64,000 nucleotides of DNA from Tubiluchus corallicola (GCA_030141605.1 JAQGDQ010000057.1:372001-436000), one strand, 5' to 3'; positions 27,801 to 42,800 are shown, counted from the stretch's first letter. A program made the numbers and translations. The notes: generated by a model from the sequence alone, not told the origin.

Positions 27801-30800
27801 TAGCGCCCAAAAGGAAAGCTTACACAGTTTTTTTAAATATCGATCAAACAGGCTCCACATAAAAACATATTTCAATTATCATTTGTAGGATCAGGAAAGA
27901 AATTAGAAAGTAGGCTTACAAGCATGTTAAAAAACATTACTGGCAAAGCAAAATGCTCCAAAATAAAGTGGCGTTTACGTGGCATCCAGAATGCGTACGC
28001 GTTATGCGGATGCGGAATAGATAAAATTGGTTTATATTGCTTTTAATACACCCATTTATCAGACCTGCATTATGCATTTTCCTGCAGCTATTTCCTATTG
28101 ATTTTTATTCCGATGTTATTCCGCAGGTGGATAACGCATATGCAAATGCCAGGTAAATGTTACCTAACAATATAAGTCTGCACTGCTTTTGTTATTGTTT
28201 TTGTATTGAAGTCAGATTTAAATTTCAGCTTCAAGACATAAATTAATCTGATTTCAATCAAATTTTAGTATTTAATGGATTAAATGTCTGATTGTTAGTG
28301 GAACAATTAAATTCAACGTAAGCAAAAGTTATTAAATACATACATTCCAAGATATTATAAAACATTTACAAATATCCAATCAATCATTTGATTACTTTAT
28401 CGTCAGGAAAACAAATCAAGCATAATGTGGCTTGAACATTCTAAATGCAAGTTATTTCAGTAATGACTGGGGAGTGTGCTATAATCGTGCAAAACTTTCA
28501 TTATAAATCACTTTCTCCGTACGAACTTCTGAAGCAGCTTTAAAGTGAATTAAATGTAATTTAGGAAATCAGCTAAATTTAGCATAATCTGATACACTTC
28601 TGATCAGATTTAATTTAAGTCATGCTTTGATCAGTTTTTTTTCTAATTTTAGCTAGTCTCATATCAGCACAAATTCAGAACCTTATAGCTTGCAAGTCTA
28701 GCAACCATTTGATCATCTCTGCACTAAAAAAGCAGAAAACCAAATCCATTTGCCTAACTGTTTTGTTCCTACATGGATTTTAATATCAAATGTTCTCTAA
28801 TGGCATTTTGTTAAACTTTCTTTCACACATGTCAAATCTGAAATCAAAACTTAAGGAAGTCAGACAATCTAAAACAAATGAATTCATTCCAATTTACTGC
28901 AGAAGAGGGATGCAGATAAATCAAAATTTCATGAAACCATGTTTTCTGAAACAATCAAAGCTATTAGTAAAACACCAAAACGGAACAAGAGAAACAACTG
29001 TTAGTTTTGCGAGACAAAAACTCAGCAAATACCTTTACAACCTGTCTCGAGATAATCCTCTGAGATAGACATAGAACGCGGCATCTTTGTCGCAATAATA
29101 CAAGCTTTACACTCAGACGCAAAACCTGAGCAAATGGCAATAACATTAAAAATATATCATTTGTTAGTAACATATTCATGCACTACACAAACACACCTCT
29201 TGATCATCAAATCTTTTCAAACTTTCTTTACTCTCTCACTCACACTGATATTCAAACAGGGAAAGTGTTGAATACTACACATACTTAAAGGGCCGTTTAC
29301 TGCCCAGTCCTGACACCCTTAATCTAAAGAGCTGACAAGGAAACCAAATTGGTAAGCTACCTCGCTCAAAGTTAACTTCAGGTAAACTTACAATCCATAG
29401 ATCACAAGAGCTATAAATTTAATTGACTGAATAAAACAATAACACATAGAGAATAAAATGCTCTAAGACCAAATGATGCACAGTACATAGCTGCCAACAG
29501 GTAGTATTATTCTACCTACTGTAGACTAAAAGCCAGAAAAGTCAATCCACAGTTTAGATGCAAGTCGGTTCATATCGTCATAGAACCTCAAAGACATACT
29601 TGAACAAATCACATCAATGTCAATTGAATATTGCAATGCCTGAATGGAAACATACATGTGCAGCACATCAGATCTATGTCAATTTTTTTTGTATCACAAA
29701 ACTGAAAATAACTATGAAGTGAATAACTTGCAAATAACTATAAAGTTCTATGATTATAAAACTGATCAAAACTTCTACATAGTGCCCAAAGTCACAAGCA
29801 CTGAGAAGAACTGACTTGTGCACAATTCTACAAGTACAGTACTTGCTGGAGTGTGACCATATGTGCATGCAGGAGTTCCAGGTGTAAATAAAAGTGACAG
29901 ATAAGCATGAAATGTAAAACTGTGGTTTTTTTAAATTTAAAATTTAAATTTTAAAAAATGAAAAACTGTAACAGAATTCCATAACAATTCGATAGCAGCA
30001 GGTAAAATGCAACCAGAAAACAAGCAGTATAAGAAAAAATGCAAAAGGGCAACAAAATCCATGAACAGTTAAATAACAGATAACAAATTAAATTGCAAAA
30101 ACTGCAAAGAATCTAGTAACAATTTTATAACAGGTAATAAAAACACAGATAAGACTACTACTTCAGAAGCATTAAGACAGAAAACATGACAAAATTCTAC
30201 AACAACAGTCCAGGTGCAAACAACAGGAACAATTCAAGTCAATAAGAATAGACTTTAAAAAGCTACAACACAATCTTGAAGCAAAAAAAATCATAAGAAC
30301 TCAACGTAACCCATGCAACAAACCAGAACATAAAAAAATCATAATGCCATGAGACAGACAAACCAAAAAAAATCTGTAACAACACAATGGGGTTCAAAAA
30401 ACGTCCAGAAAACGATGACAAATTAGAAATTTACAAAGCAAGTGTAACTAATCCTATGTAATCTATGTATCAGATGACGTAGAACAATGCATTAAAATTT
30501 AGTCTGCAAAAAGTGTTAGAAACTGGCACTTTACAAAATTGAAATTTCACACTGTGATATTACAATATATTGGTTTTTGCTAGTGACAGTTCATAACTTT
30601 AGTGGTTTTTAACTTATGTGCTAAAAGTTAATGTTAAAAAATGACATGCTGGAATGTCAGATAATCACCAAATGAAAAACAGCCATGCTGACATATAAAA
30701 AACTCAATAACAAGGCATAATTACAATAAAGAAATCAACCAGTTTACATTGTGATCTTCAAAAGAGAAAATAAAGCAATGATGAAGATTTGTTGTCAAGA

Positions 30801-33800
30801 AACAAAGGGATGTAATATATCCCTTTATATATCTGGAATTCCCTTGCAGAGAAAATGTACGATGGCCGCACAAAGCTCTTTATGAGGAGAAACTAAACAC
30901 AAAAACTGTTGAGTGCTAGGACCAAATACACCTTCAAGAAATGGAAACTGTATGAAGAAATGCTTTTGTTTAGTATGCATTGAAAATGCTGGATGCATAG
31001 AACACTTGCTGTAAACTTGAACAATTGATAGTGACATGTGGAATTTTTTTGGGCATTTATTTGTTAACTTATTGACTTAAAACTTATGCATCTTATGTAT
31101 CCTTTGTAACATCTTTAGTACCATCTAGTAAAATAGTAAAATTTTTGCGATTTATATGTAACTGTAAGCAAGATTAGTGTGGTCATTTTCAAGAGATTCT
31201 ATTATTTTCTTCTTATAATATCGCGATCAAAACTTCGGCACATTTTCGAAGCAGCTAATATACAACGAAAATTTGTGTGCGTGTGTAAGTTTCTGTCTAT
31301 TATTTATGCAGGCAATATGCTGCAGTATACCTGTAGATGTTGTGTACCATAAGAATCAGTATGGCTCCATGAAGGCTTTACAAAAACGATTATTTAGGAC
31401 ACAACCCTCTAATATAATAACATAATAGCATAACACGAGGACAAAATAACATCCATAATAGCAGTTTTTAGTACATTCTGTTATATTCAGCCATCCAAAA
31501 TGTCTTTTTGGAGGCTTTAGAGGGTTCTGAGTTCAAATATCGGCATCACCACGCTATCCAAATAAGCACATCAGTGCAGGTGGAAGCAACATGTTCATTT
31601 ATATAATTCTATAGTGCTACATCTGTTTTTATAATTATCACTTTCAATCGACGATAAGTAACATTTAAAACCTAAATCTTACGGGCAAATTCTAAGAAAA
31701 ACAAGTCAGTAGGAAAACTGCAAAAAGATGCTTATGTTATCTCACATATCGCTTATGTGGCTTGTTGCAAGTCCTCGAAAAATTTTACAAGCTGGTCGTT
31801 TATAGTATCAATAAAATCACTTAAATTTAAACCAACCTAATGTACTAGTGTGATTTAAATGCTTTGTACTGCCTTCTTGCTTTATCAGATCTAAATCAAC
31901 ATCTTCATCTTCCTGCAGAGCTTGCATGTATCTGAAGGTTATATTAGGAAAGCTTTGCAGTGAGGCAGACATATACGCCAAACGCATTTTCAAAGCTGTC
32001 ACTAGCTGCTCGGATGCCTCCTGTAGATCAGATAGCGGCACCTAGAAGAAAAAAAACGTAACATTACAGTGACTTGCACAAACGCCACTTAATACTCATG
32101 AAAACAACCAGTATAACTAAATCATAATAACTCAGGTGATACATTTTTGTGATGGATTGCTAGACAAATAAAGTGATAACCCTTAACGTTTCTCCATAGA
32201 TGAACAACTTATAAATTACTTTTAAACATTTTATTGAGATAAACTAGTTTTACAAAACTTGTTAGCGACTCAACAAGTCATCTTATTTATCGTAAATCAT
32301 GTAATTGAAAACTGCTATTTGCTTTTCAATGCACATTCTCTTTATACAGTGCACCATTACACATTCAGCATTCAACACTGCATTAATTAGCAAAGCATAG
32401 TTAACAAAGATTGTAGTGTTTGGACAGTAGTTTCAAGAATCATCTGAAGTAATATACATTGCACAGGAAGAAACCATAGGCAACATTTTTAGTAAAACCT
32501 ATCCATTCACTTTCCTTCTTCCTAAAGTAAAACCATGCTTACCCCACTCGTGTCCTCCCCGCCGATGGACACACGTTGAAAATTTACAGTTTCATCCTCT
32601 AGGATTGTTTCTGGGACAATGGACGGCTCTCGGACAGCATCTATCAAGTCACTTTCACCATCTACTTTTAATTTGTTAATTGCAGGTATCCAAGACCTGT
32701 AGGGAAAAAAATTAATGAGAAATATTTCGTAACTTGCCGAGAGTCATTTCTCTCTAGCCTGAACGCTCTTGCAAGACCTGTCACGAATTTTGCTGAGAAT
32801 CAGCTTGCGCTTACTGTCGGTTTAGACAGAATGAGAGTAAGTATCGGTTTAGAGAGTAACTAGCAACAAATTTTACTCTCTAATCTGAAACTGCTTGTGA
32901 GTTACTTCGCAAGAAAACTTGCTAATCTGCTGTTACCTGTTGCAAATGTTCATTTGTAATCCTGCAAAATGGTTAAAATTTAAGATGTACAATAAACAAA
33001 TATTTAAAACTACTAGAAGAACGAGCTGAAGGATTATTAACTATTCATTGTATGAAATGAAGTTCCTGTTATGTAATTAGAAGAATGTTTTCATTCTTGC
33101 ATTTCATGCGCCTCGAGGAAGTGTTACGTTTTTAAAGATCGTTGTTGTACTATTCATTACTGCTTGCTCAATAATGAAATCAATGTCAAACAGGTATGTA
33201 GCTCAGGTATTGATTTTAACAATGAACGCACTGTACAGAAGTAAATCCAAATAGCATTTTCGTTTAGTTTTAAAAGGAAAATCCAATTTTAAGAACTTAG
33301 AAAGTTGTAGTATTAAATTATCTCTCGGTCTGAGTAACGTGTTTTAACACAATTTGCTGATATAGCTTAATAACACAACATTGCAACTTTTCTTAGTACC
33401 ACAAAATGCTACTGTCAGTTATTTTTAAATGGTTTGGTATATTATGGCATAATAATTACTGTTACTTTCAATATTATAAAACCAGAAAAAATGAAAATAG
33501 CTAAAAAATCAAAAGAATTACACTGAATCTTGACAGGTAATAAGTGAACGTATATGGGGGTGTTATCGTTTAACAAAATACATTATACTGAATGAAGGTA
33601 AAAATGGCACAGGAAAAAATGAAACGATAAAAATGGCACAGGAAAAAATGACACCACAAAAATGGCACAGGAAAAAAATGACACAGGAAAAAATGACACC
33701 GTAGAAATGGTGCAGGGAAGTGCTTTACAAATATCTTTTGTACGTTGTGGTCAGTTGAGTTTTGTGAAAAAAGAACGGGCGAAAAAGTGGTCACTTTGGC

Positions 33801-36800
33801 AAAAGTGGCCACGTTTTCATCCCCTCCCTGTCCAGGAATCTGCTTCATAATGCATCTTTCTTGTCCCCTATCAACTTTCTTCACAAAGTTTCATGGAAAT
33901 TTGTTAAATACTTTTTGTGTAACAAGCTTACTGCTGTGCAATAGACAAAAAACTAAACAGACAAACAAACAGTGTTGGAGCATAACTTCCATTTGTGCCC
34001 CTTTTTCCTGTGCCGTTTTTGTCATTTCTTTTTTACCTGTGCCATTTTTACAGTGCACCCATTATACTGAATGGATGAATGAATGAATGATAGTGAGTAA
34101 TGCATGCTACAAAACTCATGTACACAGTTGTTGATAAAATGATAATACCTCACATAAGAATTTTATAATTCTTTACAACCATTTACTAGTTTTACATCTG
34201 TTCACTGGAATGGATTTGACAGGTAAAGTATATATGAAAGTGTCCTTCATACATTCTAAGGGCAAAAGACGAACAATCGCCAAGGCGACTGCATGCAAGA
34301 TTTTCAGGCCACAAACAATGAAAACACCTGAGTAGATAATATTTTAAAATAGTACTTAGTGGCATACAACAATAAATAACAAAGGTGACAACATGAATAT
34401 ATCTGAGCACAAATCTAATACTATACACGTAAACTAACAACAAAAATTAAGCAATAATGCTAAAGATGATTTCTTTTTGTTTACTATTTTGAAAAATACT
34501 GTTTAATTCATTAACAAGATGCATGTGGAAAAGGTGTGTATTAAATAATGCAAGACGTTAAGTGACGTAGTTCTTATTCACTAACTCAGTCGGGCAGCTC
34601 AAGATATCAACACAAACAAACAACAGGAAGCAGATAGACAAAAACTTATAGCAAGGAAAATAAGCAACGTTTCTCCTCCGGTCTTTTCCAGAAATTTACT
34701 ATGTAGTATACACTATGAGAATGGTAGTGAAGCTTTACATACCTAGTAAAAAGATTATGACAAAAATCTGTCTAATAAAGAGCTATTCAAGCATATGACA
34801 TTTCAAGCACTAGCCTCACTAGTTCTCACCTTAGGCTTACTCCTGAAAACAGCTATTTTATGTTAACCTTAGGCTTATCTTATGTAGCGTACCTTTCTCA
34901 TGTGGAATATTATAATGTACGCCTATATTATTATTCGATAACTACTGTTTTAATACACGTTTTGTTTAACCCTTTATTGGCATATCAAACAGTTTTAGGT
35001 TAGGTGGGCCATAAGACCGCCTCAGAATACAACCTTCCTGAGGGATTTTTACAGAAATGCCAAAACAGGACCCTGAATATGCATGGTATAGTGAAAGCTC
35101 ATCAGAGGATAAAAGCAGATAAAAGAATTTTATGCAAGGGGCAAAAGACAAAGTGCCCCCCCCCGGGATATGATTGTGCCTCATTTCAGTTATCTAATTT
35201 ATAACAAACCAGTATTCACTTTTGTGTTTAGGCAAGCACAAGCAACATCTTTGGTCCAAATCAAAAAAGAAGCACCAGTGAAACCTTTGTTCTGTTGAAA
35301 GCCAGAGTTCATAAAATTTAATGCAGTAATTGAAGGCTGTATGACATATTTTGACGACAGATTAATTTTGTACATTCCAAAAACAAAGATGTTAAAATTC
35401 TCGCAAGTGAAAGTATTTTGCCATAGTAGGTAAACTGTCTGTGCCTGAATTTCCCTAATCTTATCAATTGCAAAGCTTTCAGCTGGTTAAAAATGAATTC
35501 ATATTTTGCAAAAATTTTCTTGCTTTTATATAAGAAGGCAAAACTAACAATTTGAAAGCCAACCAGGCTTTTGAAAGAGAACCCAATTTTTATCCAGGTT
35601 TTCCACTTTTTGCCAGCATAAGCAAAACAGACAACAGACATGCCATGCACAGTTGCCATGGCAACTACAGATACAGATGTAAATCTAACATATGTTACAG
35701 TGATCTATAATACTATATCCATGCAAATTGAGAAAAGCAAAAGGTAGTTTTGGTGGAAAAATTTTTAGCCAACTTACAACCCGTGGTTTTTCTGCTGTGC
35801 ATATAGGTTTAATACTCCCATACGCTTGCTTTAAATACAGCAAAATCTTTAATACTCTGTTAGACTTCAACAGTATTTTCCACAAAAGAATATGAAGGCA
35901 TAATAATAGACCGATGTTAAACTCCAAACAGGAAAAAACAGCTATGGGATGATGTTTCTAGTATTTGAACATGTTAGCTGTCCTGTCATAGATGCAGTAG
36001 ATCATTTGTTGGGCAGACAAAAAGCACACCATTGACATGTACACAAACACAAGAATTCAAATAATTGGTCAAACAGAGCCCAAATAACAGAATATTATGA
36101 CTGTGATTGAAATGAAGTTGGATAATTTTAGAATACTGATTGCCACAGCAACCAGTGCAACTTGTTAAGACAAGAATTTTGTCACATCTAAGGTAAACTT
36201 ATTTGCTCTTTGTTGAATGGTTTCTGTTGCTATGACAATTTTTGCAGTTTTACATACACTCTACAAAGCCACATGGTAGTATAGATTCGGTAGACCTATT
36301 ATACAAGTGCAGTTACTATAGCGACATCTTGTAGAATGTAGAATAAAAATGGTTGTGATTCAAAAAGTCATATTTAATGATTAATGGTTTATCCAATAAT
36401 AATTTCAAGCATGAAATCCTAACAGAACTTTAATTTCATTTTCAAATACAGTAGTTTAGTTAGAAAATTGGCAATGATTGCACTAAGAATATTATATAAA
36501 TGCTACTCATTCTCTATTGCACGAGTAATCTTTTTAGGAGGCACGGCACTACCCCTTCCAAAAATTATGGATATGGCACATCTCAGTAAATACATAGACT
36601 TGGGACCCCTAATAACACTGCTACTTTTCATTCTAGTCAGTAAGTGTCTGCTGTCCTATTACAACTGTACAACTGTTTAGTTATAAACAGATCAACTAAT
36701 CAGCATTTCCCTTCAACTAATCAACATTCAGAAGCTTCTTGGCTTCTTTGCACAACCTTCCTCATTAACCTTTGAATATTCACATTGACTGCACTGCTCA

Positions 36801-39800
36801 TTAGTCTGGCTTCACCTATAAATCTAGTGAATGCTTGCTACAAGAAATGATTCTTAGATATATCATGAAATTAATTGTTATGTAGTTCTAACACATCTTG
36901 GTAACTACTGTAATTTGTAAACTTGGACGGCACTACAATTTTGAAACAAATTACCTCTTCGCAAGGTTTCGTTCGATCCTCATTCTCTGCTCGTTCTGCT
37001 CTATTGGCACTTCTGGTACCTCATACGGAGCAGAGATCTCATTCGATTTCAATTGACTCCTCTGCTGCACATTTTCCATCAATTCCTGGAGCTTCTGCTC
37101 GTCCAGGACGGGCGAAGATGCTGCCCATAGTGGCGACGTTGTCAGTGGGAGAGACGCTGAACGTTGACCTAAAGTAAAAATTAAAAATTCTGTTAAAACA
37201 ACTTCAACATAAAAATCTCATCAAAGGAATTATTAAAATGATATTCAATTGGATTCACAGTAATAAACTACAATGTATGTCCTCTAGTACTAATATAGTT
37301 TTTAATATCTCGTCTTAATATAGTTTTTAATTTTTTTATAACAACAACATTTTTTAAAACAGCATTAATTTCACAAGCAACCCAGCATAATAAAGTAATT
37401 GTGGGAGGTCACAAAAAGAACGTAGCCTTAAATTTACCACTCTACGAACCCAGATGAAAAGTTCCTGTTCGTCAGTCCACACCTCTATGCACCCAAAAAG
37501 AAAGTTTTTAAATAATTCACACACACTAGCACATCATAAGACAACTTTTCTAATGTTAAATTTACATTTTTTGACATGTCTCTAAAGACCTCAATTTATA
37601 GTCTCTAATAATCACCCAAAAAGTTCTTGAGCTTTAATTCGTAGAATCTAATGTTCACCCAAGAAATTTTTGCACTTCAACTCATAGCCTGTAATGTTCC
37701 CCCAAGAAGTTCTAAAGCTTCAACTCACAGCTTCTAATGCACCTCTACAGAACAATTTAAACTTCAATCCACACCCAGGCAAGGCTACTCAACTCCAACC
37801 ATACTCTTTTTCACTACCCAACAAAAGTTCGCAAATTTCAATCAAAACGCTTGAGCTCGGTACAATGTAAAAAAGAAATACTGCTCAAACCAATAGCAAA
37901 ATTACATCTGAGGTGCCCCAAGATGCTGCAGGTTAAGTCACCCACCGAAATACCATTCAAGTGGCAGTAATTTGACCTGACAAACTTAGAAATACCACTG
38001 TCCTGCAAAATTTATTAACAGCACAACCAACATGCTACGATACAAGGTATATTCTACTTATGTGCTGACCTCCAACATTTAATGTAATAAAAGTCAGCAA
38101 ACATGATGAGTTTATGGCATATGTGATCACATATATCTACTAAGTACTTATTTCATTACTGATGGATAATGATGGGATGCATATAATTAGTTCATTCAAT
38201 GTGCTGTTTTTATTTATGCAGATAAGCACTAACACAGGTAAAAACAACCGAACATATGTACATAAGTGTATGTGCATATTATAAGAACTGTTAAGTACAC
38301 AAGTATGTCAAAATAAATGCATTAGTGTTTCATGCCCTGAATACCAACATCTTATAACAATTAACATTCGGCACCAAATGTATACATGTAATAAAGCGAG
38401 TTGTAAATGTGTTCAATGTGTTAAACTTACAATATGTGTTCATTTTACTGCCTTAAACATAGGATTAATTCCTATATAAGCATACTGTACAAAGCAATTA
38501 CTGCACACAGAATTAGGATGCAGAAGGCTCAAAGGTAGAAACTGCCACTTGAAACAAACTAAGCAGCAATAGCTTTGCTGTACAATGTTGGATGATGCAC
38601 AGGGCACGTTGACGCCAAGCATCGTTCCAGTTTGCCTGTTTCCTTTTTGAGCTTTTGGAGTTTAACAAGTGAAGACTGAGGAAGACTGAAGCTAAGCCAT
38701 GGTAGCATTCTAGTAAATGTAAAGCATGGCTTAACAACAAAAAATGATAACAAGAGTAGAAGAACCCCATTTCTAGGAAAAGACTTGAAAAAATGGTGCA
38801 TGTACAATGCACCTCACCAACTTCGTAGACATTGTTCATTGTCCAACAGCGAAAGAAAATGATGAAAACCATTTGCACTAAACAACGTTAAACAATGAAG
38901 CCAAACAAATAAGCACTGCTACGATTATAATCAATTGTGGATTTATAACATCAAACACTGCGACATTTAAACAATGCCAAAGCAATGAATCCAAATCACC
39001 AAACATTGCTACATTTAAACAATGCCAAAGCAATGAATCCATATCATCAAACACAGCAACATTTAAACAACACCAAAGCAATGACCACCAATGATACTTC
39101 AAGCAACGTATCGACATCATCAAGCACTGCTACTTTTAAACAATGCTCAATCAATAAATCCAAATTATCAAACACTGTCCAACAATCAAAGCAAAATAAG
39201 CAACAATATCCATCACAACCATCAAACACTGTTCCCAAAATGGAGCAAAGCTATGAACACTGCTGCAGTTGAACAACATCTACATAGGAAGTAAACAATG
39301 TAAATACAAAATGAACCCTGTTACCATTAAACAAATACTCAACATTATGTAAGTCATTATCAATGGATATTTCCACTACTAAATGTTTTTCACTATTCAA
39401 TAACAAAGCCATGCAAGCCACACTACTGCGGCATAACAAAGCTAAGCAAAAATAAACACAGCCTCACAGCCACAATTCAAGTGAAAATTATTAATGATAT
39501 TATGTAAGATGTCAGAACATAGATGTCACAAATTAAAATTATTGTCAAAATTTTTATGTAAAGTGATTAATGATAGAGTTCTATAACCCCAAAATCTTCA
39601 GAAATCTACACTACAATAGTAACTCATAGCAAAACTAAATTTGCTCAATGCAAAACCGCAATGAGATGCCATGAAAAATTTGTATAAAAAATGAAGTGCT
39701 TCAAATGATAGTAACAGATAATAACAATGCAAACATGTAGTGCAGTGCTTTTACAATCTGAGATAAATATAAATCTTACGTGGGTATGTCATCTCGCTAG

Positions 39801-42800
39801 TATGCTGCATGAAATCAAATCACAAACATAATTTAATCAGGATGTAATTCAGGTGTGGTGTGGGAAACATACCTGTAGGTATGAAGTTAACAGTAACATT
39901 GATAGTGGAGCCATACCTGTAGGCAAACAGTAACATTCAAAACTTCATGCCGGAAGGTAATCATACTGGTTCAATCAATAAACACAGGAATTTTCAATAA
40001 ATGGAATGTAGAATTATAACTGCTACTTGCAGCCATTATTGAAAAGAAGGATGTATACAAATTTCTTTGTTTGTTTAGTTGTTTATTTGTTTTTTGCTTT
40101 TTCATTGCTTATATGTAAGATTCTTTTTTGCTTTTGTTTGTTTGTCCAGTCATTCATTCTGTTTGCCTATAAATCCATCCTCCCATTCATTTGTTTCTTT
40201 ATTAATTCATTTCTAGTTTGTATTTTAATGTTTTTTGCAATGACATTCAGTATACATTAACAGTTAAATATGACAATATGGAAACAGAAAACCCTCACTT
40301 TAAAAAATTATATTATACTACTGAGATAATTTTAGGTGTACATTAATGAAATGTACTAGCTGAAATGTATAACACTAAACATAAAATACTGAATATAATG
40401 CTGAATAATCCACATGGTGCCTCATACAGCATTGCAGCTAAGAATAATACATGTATATTCTAAGTTACTTATACCTAATACAAATCTTTCATTGCTATTG
40501 TTAATATGCCGTTAGATAAGTGAATATAACTGTCAAGAAACGGAGGCATAAAAAACTGCAGGAATGTTTTACTACAGAGTACAGATAAATTGAACTCAAA
40601 ACTAATGAAACAGATGACAATGATAGCAAGAACTACATACCAGGTTTGATAAGAGCAATTCCTACACATGCAGTCACAATCTCAAGTTAGCATCTGATTC
40701 ATTCACAAATACACCCTGCACGCTGAAGTCAATCAGCTTATCTAGATCAATAATAATGTGCTACACATGCTGACAGAGCAGAGCAGCTTCAATGCTGCAA
40801 CTCTAACACAGCATGAGTTGTAAATGAGCAGAGGTAAAAAAACAGAGGAATTTTCAGAACTCAATGTCCTTGAGGGTTGGGGTTCGATGTCCGGCCATCA
40901 TTTGGTAAATGTGAGCTAAGAAAGTGGGGAAAAATTGCTACTGATATGTAAACACTTTGTGAATGCAAAGTTCGCAACGTTTTTTATAAACACATTTGCT
41001 TAAAAGTTTGGCTAAAGCTTACAATTCCTCACACACTAGAAGTTAGTTCGTCAAACGGATTACGGTTAGGGTATTTAAATTGTGTGGGGAATTGTAAATT
41101 CCTTCCAAAAGCTTAAATAAACAATTGACAATGTTAATATATTAACTTATAAATAATATAATTAATGGCAATATGAACGCAGTCACCCAGAAGTATTATA
41201 TTACATCTAACAACAAAGAAACTAAAGAACGTGGATGCTATAAAATTCAAAATAATGTTGGACTTGAACCAGAATCATGGAATAGAACTATAACCAGTTT
41301 AACAGGTGCCAAATTTACCCATCTGTTGATTAATGATACAGCAATGTCATTATTTTTCTGTAAGTGAAGAAAAAATAGTTACTGTATCCATGTTGGGATT
41401 AAAATAGGATATTCTAGCAGTCGCTGAGTGGCCAAAATGGTGTATGACTGAGCATGTGTCATAAGTCTCTGGATCAAATTTGGGCTTACTTATGTTGCTT
41501 TACGTTGTTACTGAATTTCAATAGCTGTAACATTGTACCATCATTTGTGAAGCTATTCTACTCAAGGGCATCTTGCATAACACAAATAACGAATTTAGAA
41601 GCCCATGAATTTATTCGAGGTCATTTTCTGCTGCCAAGTGTAACAAAAGCTTTTGTGAACAAGAAACATTGCTGCTGCTGCTGCTGCTGCTGGTGGTAAT
41701 GATTATAACTGTAGCTACAGTTGCTGTTGGTGGTGGCAGTGCCAAATGCACTACAGTTGTTTAATTATTGCTTTTTTTCTGAAAGATTCAAGGCTTCAAC
41801 AAAGAAAATTGTTCCAGATGTCAAAAGGCAAGATTTGTTTTATAAGGTGGAGATTCTCATGGCACAGTATGGCGCAACTACTGTCTGTTACTAATATTTG
41901 AGTTTTGGTCACCTTTCAGAATTTCAATAACTTGTTGTGCAACATTTGTAACTGGCCACGTAAGACCTTAAAAATTAAAACATGCAAGCCAGCAACTTAC
42001 TAAGTGTAACAAGTGGAAAACATTAACGAACAAAAGACAAACAATGAAAGACAACGACATAATAAGTGCCATGACTTCAATGGAAGCACATTTGAGATCG
42101 GGAGAAAATGGAAACTGCAGTGTTTCAGTCACATCATCAGAGCCCAGCACATTCATGCCTGCATGGCGGAACTAGCAGGAAGCAGTTATGGTTGAATAAT
42201 GTAAGAAAGTGGACAGGAAGGTATCTTGCTCTCGCCTGGCATTGGCAAGGGAAAGGAATAAACGAAAACAGTAGTGCATCTGTCTACGCTTCCTGATCTT
42301 CAGGACAAATGGGATTAGACAAGACAATATCCAGACATATAGCCTGAGAAAGTATGTAGCTAATATCAGCACTAAAGAGAGTAAACAAAAACTTACATCG
42401 TCTTCTGAACAACAGGTTCTTATGAAGTCGCTGCTCGTGTGCACTGACCACAGATTCAGATCCTCGTCTTGGTTTCATGTTTTACAAAAAACTTTCTTTT
42501 GAAATACTAAAGCCACTTCCGGAAGACTAGGAAACTTTTCATATTCCGTACAAGCGAATCACAACCAGTCATAAACAGGTTCACAGACTAACAGTATTTA
42601 TTGTTATGTCCAGTTCATCATTAACACTTATACCAGGACCCTACACCAAACTTAAGCAGGAAACACTGAGAGCACTACGCAAATACGCAACGCAATGATG
42701 CAATATCACTACCCGATCATGAAAAACCAGAAACAGGATATCATCAATCAGGAAACAGGAAATAATGAATTAATTACAAACTGGTAGCAAACTACTAGCT

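Noticed and set aside
29515-29640. AG...GT-bounded segment in the large AMPD intron
   Set aside because: It has a stop in the required phase-1 frame; a similar segment near 26920-26980 also has an in-frame stop.
32739-32815. Possible 36-nt micro-exon or GC-donor exon upstream of AMPD exon 32696
   Set aside because: The donor is weak or the implied intron too short, the surroundings resemble a repeat also seen near 26150-26260, and the frame is complete without it.
36923-37177. 84-aa plus-strand ORF, and most other 60-120 aa ORFs in the track
   Set aside because: This one is the antisense shadow of a real AMPD exon. The others are low-complexity Phe/Leu/Ile-rich chance ORFs of AT-rich introns.
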